Source of the DNA: Patescibacteria group bacterium
Lineage (GTDB): Bacteria > Patescibacteriota > Minisyncoccia > UBA6257 > 2-01-FULL-56-20
DNA length: 64,000 nt
Assembly (NCBI GenBank): GCA_018971305.1
Contig: JAGXBC010000003.1
Span: 28,325-92,324 of the forward strand
Direction: 5' to 3'
A program made the translations under genes and the position numbers. Shown here piece by piece: positions 57,848 to 64,000 of the stretch. Under the pieces are notes generated by a model, which was given only the letters and a program-made list of their open reading frames with translations, was not told the origin of the DNA and searched no databases. Each line of letters begins with the position of its first letter. Within the stretch, counting starts at the first letter, position 1.

Positions 57848-58582
57848 ATGATTGCCAATAGGTTTATAATAACGGTAATGTTAAACGAGAGGACATCGGA
57901 AATCTTGGAAGCCCTGGTACAGGATTTTATTAATACCGGCGAGCCGATAAGTTCCGGCTGGCTTTACGACCACTACGATTTCGGCATCAAGCCGGCAATG
58001 ATACGCCTGGAGCTGGAGCAGTTGTTCAACGATGGTTTTTTGGAACAGCCGCACCATGCTGCCGGGAGAATTCCGAGCAATAAGGGTTATGATTTTTTTG
58101 CCAAAAAAGTTCTTGCCGAAGAAGATGGCAGTACGGGTGCCTTTGAACAGTCATTAAGAAATTTTTTGGGTAATGGCAACTGGCCGGATTTGGTGGGGGA
58201 AATGTCCGCCGGACTTAAGCTTTTGAGCGTGGCAAATTCCGCTGCCGAACACGGATCTTTTAAAGAAGGATTGGATAATTTAATAGAGAACTTGGAGTGG
58301 GAATCGCCAGAAGAACTTAAGTCGGTGGTGAAAGATTTTGTGGAGATAGATGAACGTCTCAATCATTTGGGTAAAGAAATTTTTAATTTAAATTCCCCAT
58401 CAGTTTTTATAGGAAAGAAAAGTCCCGTTACGAAAAGCGAATGTCTTTCTGTCGTAATGGGAAGCTATGATTCCGGCAAAGGGAAGGTCGCCCTGTTTGC
58501 CATAGGTCCGAAGAGGATGAACTATAAGAAAACTTTAAAAACTTTCAAAAATTTGAAAAATGGAAGAAATAATAAAAAATAA
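57848..58582 (+). CDS. hrcA: heat-inducible transcription repressor HrcA (short form)
   Basis: wHTH N-terminus ERTSEILEALVQDFINTGEPISS...PAMIRLELEQLFNDGFLEQPHHAAGRIPSNKGY. Sits upstream of grpE-dnaK. Confidence 0.6.
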   Translation: MIANRFIITVMLNERTSEILEALVQDFINTGEPISSGWLYDHYDFGIKPAMIRLELEQLFNDGFLEQPHHAAGRIPSNKGYDFFAKKVLAEEDGSTGAFEQSLRNFLGNGNWPDLVGEMSAGLKLLSVANSAAEHGSFKEGLDNLIENLEWESPEELKSVVKDFVEIDERLNHLGKEIFNLNSPSVFIGKKSPVTKSECLSVVMGSYDSGKGKVALFAIGPKRMNYKKTLKTFKNLKNGRNNKK

Positions 58583-59093
58583 TAATAACGGTTCTGTTAA
58601 TGAACCCGCTGGCGATGCCGAGGCCGGTGAATTAAACGAAAAGCTGACCAAGGCCGAAAAAGAAAGAGGGGAATATCTTGCCGGTTGGCAGAGAGCCAAG
58701 GCCGACTTCATAAATTATAAAAAGGAGGAAATAAAGCGGCTGGAAGATGTGGCTCGGTATAGCGGAGAGGCGATGATAAAAGAGCTTATATCGGTGCTGG
58801 ACAGTTTTGACTTGGGGTTGAGGGCCTTGGAGAAGGCCGGTTCCGTAGAGAAAGGAATTTATATGATACGGGCGCAGATAGAAGATATTTTAAAAAAGCA
58901 CGGCGTAGAGAAGATTACCGTTAAGCCGGGAGAAGAATTTGATCCGGCATTCGCCGAAGCGGTAGCGGAAGCTGATCCGCCAGCTGGCGGAGACAAGCGG
59001 CCGGGTATCATTCTTGAGGAAATAGAATCGGGTTATAAGTTGTATGATAAAATAATAAGACCAGTGAGGGTGAAAATATCAAGTACTAAATAA
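58560..59093 (+). CDS. grpE: nucleotide exchange factor GrpE
   Basis: Long coiled-coil helix and C-terminal beta domain in hrcA-grpE-dnaK order. Confidence 0.85.
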   Translation: MEEIIKNNNNGSVNEPAGDAEAGELNEKLTKAEKERGEYLAGWQRAKADFINYKKEEIKRLEDVARYSGEAMIKELISVLDSFDLGLRALEKAGSVEKGIYMIRAQIEDILKKHGVEKITVKPGEEFDPAFAEAVAEADPPAGGDKRPGIILEEIESGYKLYDKIIRPVRVKISSTK

Positions 59094-59097
59094 AGCC

Positions 59098-59505
59098 ATG
59101 AGTATTATTGATGATATAAAGTCAGCAGCAGAAGTTCTTCGTAAAGCAGACAATATAGAACTCTATCAAAAATTACTAACAGCACAGAAACAAGCGTTAG
59201 AAATTATGGAGGAGAATAGAAATCTAAAAGAAGAGAATCGTAATCTACTAAAGAAAATCAAGATAAAAGGGGATATGTATCTACGTAACGATGCATATTG
59301 GGGTAGTAAAGACGGGAAAGAAGAAGGACCATTCTGTACAAGATGTCTCAACGTGGAATCTATCCCAGTCTTACTTCATCAACAAGGAAACCCAGCATAT
59401 TATCAATGCCCAAACTGTAAATCCTCGATTAAGGCAAGACCAGAATTAGATCAACCAATAGTAGCTAAAAAATTTAATCCATTTAATAACGGATATGATT
59501 TATAA
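59098..59505 (+). CDS. AT-rich hypothetical coiled-coil + zinc-ribbon protein inserted between grpE and dnaK
   Basis: About 33% GC against flanks near 48%. CTRC...CPNC zinc ribbon. Confidence 0.5.
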   Translation: MSIIDDIKSAAEVLRKADNIELYQKLLTAQKQALEIMEENRNLKEENRNLLKKIKIKGDMYLRNDAYWGSKDGKEEGPFCTRCLNVESIPVLLHQQGNPAYYQCPNCKSSIKARPELDQPIVAKKFNPFNNGYDL

Positions 59506-59530
59506 AGTAAATAAATAATTATTTAAAACC

Positions 59531-61408
59531 ATGCCAAAAATTTTAGGAATAGACTTAGGAACAACAAATTCGGCAGCCGCAGTTGTTGAGGGTGGCGAGC
59601 CGCGCATTTTAGAGAACACCGAAGGCAACCGCACGACGCCGTCCATTGTTACCGTTAATAAAGGGGGCGAGCGTTTAGTGGGTTTGCTCGCCAAGCGGCA
59701 GGCGGTTACGAATCCAAAGAACACCATCTTTTCCGTAAAGCGCCTGATGGGCCGCAAGTTTTCCGACCCGGAAGTTCAGAGAGATAAGGCTTGGTTGTCG
59801 TACGATATCCAGGCGAGCGCCTCCGGAGGCGTGGAAGTGAAAATGGGGGACAAATGGTATTCTCCCGAAGAAATTTCCGCTTTTATTCTCGGCAAGCTGA
59901 AAGCCGATGCCGAGGCGAAACTGGGTGAGAAAATAGAGGAAGCGGTTATCACGGTTCCTGCTTATTTTGACGACTCGCAAAGACAGTCAACGAAAAATGC
60001 CGGCGAGATAGCCGGGCTTAAGGTTCGCAGAATTTTGAACGAGCCGACGGCAGCGGCTTTGGCCTACGGAATGAATAAGCAGAAGAACGAAAAGATAGTT
60101 GTTTACGACTTCGGCGGCGGAACTTTTGATATTTCCGTTTTGGAGGTTGGCGACGACACGGTTGAGGTTAAATCAACCGGCGGCGACACGCACTTGGGCG
60201 GAGACGATTTTGACAAGAAAATTCAGGAATATCTTGTCGCAGAATATAAGAAACAGGAGGGAATAGATATTTCCAAAGACCCGCTTGCCCTTCAGCGACT
60301 TAAAGAAGCCGCGGAGCGAGCCAAGCACGAGCTTTCTACTACTACCGAGACCGAAGTTAATCTTCCTTATATAACTTCGGATGCTTCCGGCCCGAAACAT
60401 TTTTTGATAAAACTCACGCGAGCGAAGCTGGAGAGCTTGGTCCAAGAATATATTGACCACTCCATAGAGCTGACGCGTGAAACCGTTACCGCCACGGCGC
60501 CGAAAGGAGCAGGATTCAAACTTGCGGAAATCAACGAGGTGATTATGGTCGGCGGACAAACGAGGATGCCGGCAATCGTTGAGGCTGTAAAAAAACTTTT
60601 CGGCAAAGACCCGCACCAGGGAATTAATCCGGACGAAGTAGTTGCGGTTGGCGCGGCAATCCAGGCCGGAATTTTGCAGGGTGACGTTAAAGACATTTTG
60701 CTTTTGGACGTTACGCCGCTTACTTTGAGCATTGAAACTATGGGAGCCGTAGCTACACCGATGATTCAGAAAAATACGACGGTGCCGACGGCGAAGACAC
60801 AAGTATTTTCCACAGCCGCCGACAATCAAACCTCGGTTGAAATCCACGTGATGCAGGGTGAGAGGCCGATGGCCGCGGACAATAAAACTCTCGCCAAGTT
60901 CATGCTAGAAGGCATTCCGCCTTCTCCGCGCGGCGTACCGCAGGTTGAGGTGTCTTTTGATATAGACGCGAACGGGATTCTTAATGTTTCGGCCAAAGAT
61001 AAGGCGAGCGGAAAATCGCAATCGGTAAAGATAGAAGCGTCAACCAATTTATCTAAAGATGAAATCGAAAAATTAAAGAAAGAGGCGGCCGAGCACGCAT
61101 CGGAAGACATGAAAAAGAAAGAGCTTGTTGAGGCGCGCAACCAGGCCGAAGCGACAATATATTTGGCGGAAAAATCCATAAAAGACGCCGGCGATAAAAT
61201 AGGAGAAGACGTTAAGTCGGCTATTAATGCCAAGGTGGAAGATCTAAAGAAGGTTAAAGATGGCAGCGATGCCGATGCTATAAAATCCGCGCTCGCAAAT
61301 CTCTCTGCGGAAATTCAGAAAATAGGCCAAACAATGTATAATAAACAGGAAGAGAAGAAAGAAGGTAATGAAGGCGGTGCCACAGGTGGCGAGCCAAAGC
61401 AGGAATAA
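59531..61408 (+). CDS. dnaK: molecular chaperone DnaK (Hsp70)
   Basis: [18 protein letters not shown], and the full nucleotide-binding and substrate-binding domains. Confidence 0.95.
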   Translation: MPKILGIDLGTTNSAAAVVEGGEPRILENTEGNRTTPSIVTVNKGGERLVGLLAKRQAVTNPKNTIFSVKRLMGRKFSDPEVQRDKAWLSYDIQASASGGVEVKMGDKWYSPEEISAFILGKLKADAEAKLGEKIEEAVITVPAYFDDSQRQSTKNAGEIAGLKVRRILNEPTAAALAYGMNKQKNEKIVVYDFGGGTFDISVLEVGDDTVEVKSTGGDTHLGGDDFDKKIQEYLVAEYKKQEGIDISKDPLALQRLKEAAERAKHELSTTTETEVNLPYITSDASGPKHFLIKLTRAKLESLVQEYIDHSIELTRETVTATAPKGAGFKLAEINEVIMVGGQTRMPAIVEAVKKLFGKDPHQGINPDEVVAVGAAIQAGILQGDVKDILLLDVTPLTLSIETMGAVATPMIQKNTTVPTAKTQVFSTAADNQTSVEIHVMQGERPMAADNKTLAKFMLEGIPPSPRGVPQVEVSFDIDANGILNVSAKDKASGKSQSVKIEASTNLSKDEIEKLKKEAAEHASEDMKKKELVEARNQAEATIYLAEKSIKDAGDKIGEDVKSAINAKVEDLKKVKDGSDADAIKSALANLSAEIQKIGQTMYNKQEEKKEGNEGGATGGEPKQE

Positions 61409-61431
61409 AAATAAAAGCACAATAAATCTGG

Positions 61432-62436
61432 ATGGACGGCAAGATACCAAGTCAGAACCTAATCAGGCAAGTTAATATCGAATCTCCGGTAAGGCAGCCG
61501 AGTTTTTATAAGCCGCTTGTTTTTGATGTTATAACGGCTTTATCTGCCTTCGGGTTGGGTTACGAATACCTGCAATATCTTTTGGGGCAAACCGATATAA
61601 CTATCCTTGTTCTCACCGCCGGAATTTTCTCCGTTCTCTCTACGCTGCAGATTTTCTTTACAAAAAGCCTGAATAGGATCTTCCTTTTTGCCATTATTGA
61701 TGCGCTCGCTATCACTTCACTTTTCTATTTTTCCGGATATGATTTGAAGATTCTGGCCGCCGCCGCTTTCGCTTTTATAGTTTTTTTCTTTTGGGGAGGA
61801 GTTCTCGGGCGCATGGAATTGGAGAATACATTGGAGATAGGTTTCTTCAAAACATCCGGGCAGATTTTGAAAAAACTAACGACGGCCATCGCCATTGTTC
61901 TCGTTCTCGTATATCTGCCTCGCCTCAGCGATAATAGCGCAGCCTTCTTGTCTAAGACGTCTTTCCAGTCGATTTTCGATAAGACCGCTGTTTTTCTGAA
62001 TAATTTTTATCCGCAAGTTGATTTTACTTCATCGCTGCAGAAAGTATCGGATGGATTTGCTGAGCTTGAGCTGCAAAACAATGCCACTTTTCAGGGTTTA
62101 TCGCAGGCAGATAAAAATACTATTATTACTCAGACCTCCCAGCAGATAATCGATAATCTAAGTAAACAATTGGGAACGGCGATCTCCGCTAGCGATACCG
62201 TAAGCAACGTATTTTATGATTTTATAATAAACCTTATCGGTAAGTGGAAGGATGGCAATCGAACTTGGTTTTTGGTAGGATGGGTACTCGTCGTATTCTT
62301 TATTGTCCGCAGCATAGGCATTATTTTCTACTGGATTATCGGGTTTATTGCCTTTATCTTATATCAAATACTTTTATCCAGCGGATTTATCCATATTCTC
62401 GGAGAAACCAGGACTCATGAGATATTAGAGTTCTGA
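61432..62436 (+). CDS. polytopic membrane protein (hypothetical) between dnaK and dnaJ
   Basis: About 7 TM helices. No family recognised. Confidence 0.5.
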   Translation: MDGKIPSQNLIRQVNIESPVRQPSFYKPLVFDVITALSAFGLGYEYLQYLLGQTDITILVLTAGIFSVLSTLQIFFTKSLNRIFLFAIIDALAITSLFYFSGYDLKILAAAAFAFIVFFFWGGVLGRMELENTLEIGFFKTSGQILKKLTTAIAIVLVLVYLPRLSDNSAAFLSKTSFQSIFDKTAVFLNNFYPQVDFTSSLQKVSDGFAELELQNNATFQGLSQADKNTIITQTSQQIIDNLSKQLGTAISASDTVSNVFYDFIINLIGKWKDGNRTWFLVGWVLVVFFIVRSIGIIFYWIIGFIAFILYQILLSSGFIHILGETRTHEILEF

Positions 62437-62473
62437 GAGATTAGTTTCGTCGGTGCGTGGATCTTCATAAAAA

Positions 62474-63583
62474 ATGGCAAAAGACTATTATAAAATTTTG
62501 GGTATTTCTAAAGGCGCTTCCGCGGAGGAAGTTAAAAAGGCATATAGGAAATTAGCCCACCAGCACCATCCTGATAAAGCCGGCGGCGATGAAACAAAAT
62601 TCAAGGAAATAAACGAAGCATATCAGGTTTTGTCAGACGCGACTAAACGCGCGCAGTACGATCGTTTCGGTACTGCCGAACCTTTCGGTTCCGCTCAAGG
62701 CGGGCAGCCTTGGGGCGGGTTTTACGGTCAGCAGGATTGGGGCGATTTCGGGTTTTCAAATGGCGGGCAGGGTTTTGGCGATATGGGCGATGTGAACGAC
62801 ATCTTTGAAAGTTTCTTTGAAGGATTGGGAATGAGGCCGCATCGCCGCACTTACGACAAAGGAGCTGATTTGGAGATTACAGAGTTAATCACACTGGAAG
62901 AAGCTTTTCACGGTGTCATTAAAGAGTTGAAGATCAAAACTTTGGTCCGCTGTGAACACTGTAAAGGCCAGGGCGCGGACGCCTCTGCCGGGTTTACTAA
63001 ATGTTCAACCTGTAACGGTCAGGGCGAGATTAAAGAACAAAGGCGGACATTCTTCGGCAGTTTTTCCCAGGTAAAAGTTTGCGACAAATGCCGCGGTTCA
63101 GGGCAGATTCCCAACAAAGTTTGTAATTTCTGCAAGGGGAGCGGCCGCATCACGTCCGAACGGCAAATTAAAGTAGAGATTCTTCCCGGAGTTGAAGACG
63201 GCCAGCTTATTAAAATAAAAGGCGCGGGAGAGGCGGGTGAGAAGGGAACCGGTACCGGGGACCTCTATGTGAAGATAAGAGTAAGGCCGAGCACGGTATT
63301 CGAACGCCATGGGAGTGATCTGCTTGTGAAAAAGGAACTGAAGATTTTTGATCTGCTTCTCGGCAATAAGATTGAGATTCCAACTGTGAGCGGCGGTAAA
63401 ATTCACTTGGAAGTTCCGGCGCATTTCAACCTGAAAGATAATCTGCGTGTTCCCGGGGAAGGAATGCCGCGATTCGGGAGTTATGGTAGGGGAGACCTGC
63501 TCGTGAATTTCATCATCAAGGCGCCAAAAAAACTGGACGGGAGGGCAAAAAAGATTTTGGAGGAATTAGAGGGGAAAGAATAA
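62474..63583 (+). CDS. dnaJ: molecular chaperone DnaJ
   Basis: J domain with HPD, G/F region, four CxxCxGxG zinc repeats, C-terminal domains. Confidence 0.9.
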   Translation: MAKDYYKILGISKGASAEEVKKAYRKLAHQHHPDKAGGDETKFKEINEAYQVLSDATKRAQYDRFGTAEPFGSAQGGQPWGGFYGQQDWGDFGFSNGGQGFGDMGDVNDIFESFFEGLGMRPHRRTYDKGADLEITELITLEEAFHGVIKELKIKTLVRCEHCKGQGADASAGFTKCSTCNGQGEIKEQRRTFFGSFSQVKVCDKCRGSGQIPNKVCNFCKGSGRITSERQIKVEILPGVEDGQLIKIKGAGEAGEKGTGTGDLYVKIRVRPSTVFERHGSDLLVKKELKIFDLLLGNKIEIPTVSGGKIHLEVPAHFNLKDNLRVPGEGMPRFGSYGRGDLLVNFIIKAPKKLDGRAKKILEELEGKE

Positions 63584-63648
63584 GATATGAGCCTGTTTTG
63601 TGGATTGTGATAGAATTTAGGAAGTAAAATATTTGCGGAGGTGATAGT

Positions 63649-63987
63649 ATGGCAAAAATCGTGGACTTGTCTCCTAAAGAGAAAAGGGCGGCACGTTCTT
63701 TAGCTTGTGCCGTTGCTGTGGCTATTTGCAAAGATGAAAAAGCTACGGATGCCTTATTTTGTTCCACATTTCTTGCCCGATTATTGGAAAAGAGATTTTC
63801 TAATAGAAGGAATGAATTGCCGCATGGACGAAGTCTTAGGTCTCTAGTCGCTGAAGAACTGTCACAATTTGAAAAAAGGGAGAGGATTAAACTGACAAGG
63901 AACCATAGAAGGATTGTTGTCTCTGGTTTGGTGCGATTCTGTGCCGATCGTTCACTTGTAAAAAATAAGATAAGGGCTGCTAAATAA
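63649..63987 (+). CDS. hypothetical basic protein (112 aa)
   Basis: SD GGAGGTG 8 nt upstream. No family recognised. Confidence 0.4.
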   Translation: MAKIVDLSPKEKRAARSLACAVAVAICKDEKATDALFCSTFLARLLEKRFSNRRNELPHGRSLRSLVAEELSQFEKRERIKLTRNHRRIVVSGLVRFCADRSLVKNKIRAAK

Positions 63988-64000
63988 GCAGCCCCTTTAG

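Noticed and set aside
60173-61233. Minus-strand ORFs inside dnaK (60173-60847, 60367-60732, 60826-61233)
   Set aside because: They are shadow ORFs opposite the highly conserved DnaK frame.

Overview
This 64-kb window looks like a small, reduced bacterial genome, probably Candidate Phyla Radiation / Patescibacteria. That placement is an inference from short core proteins, fragmented conserved operons, a dimeric archaeal-type GlyRS, and many Ser/Thr-rich membrane-anchored surface proteins. Core genes are densely packed: ribosomal proteins L18 (tail), S5 and L15, then secY, adk and map, with greA, lysS, dnaE, glyQS, murA, mreB, holB, frr, rseP, sodA, xth, ychF, recR, dnaB, cysS, and an hrcA-grpE-dnaK-dnaJ chaperone locus. 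A tRNA cluster (Thr-TGT, Thr-GGT, Trp-CCA, Ala-TGC, Ser-CGA, and Gln-TTG on the minus strand) is interleaved with a GIY-YIG gene, rpmG, and partial tRNA-end duplications. The accessory content is concentrated in four places. (1) An AT-rich two-gene cassette of unknown function sits immediately after tRNA-Ser. (2) A surface-protein island at 30.5–46.8 kb holds a 1,170-aa glycine-rich giant protein whose C-terminal 320-aa domain is duplicated as a stand-alone downstream gene. The two are separated by a four-helix-bundle (23S rRNA IVS-protein family) gene bracketed by inverted repeats. A tandem-duplicated surface-protein gene in the same island is interrupted at a T6 homopolymer, a candidate phase-variable or disrupted gene. 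A dockerin-like secreted protein sits next to two cohesin-like membrane proteins and a second inverted-repeat-flanked four-helix-bundle gene. (3) A palindromic 'TAGAAAATAGAA' repeat family spans stop codons at four sites. (4) AT-rich small genes are inserted into otherwise conserved operons, between secY and adk and between grpE and dnaK. No CRISPR array and no rRNA were seen. Three ORF-poor, promoter- or terminator-bounded stretches are flagged as candidate structured RNAs, but none could be assigned to a known RNA family by eye.
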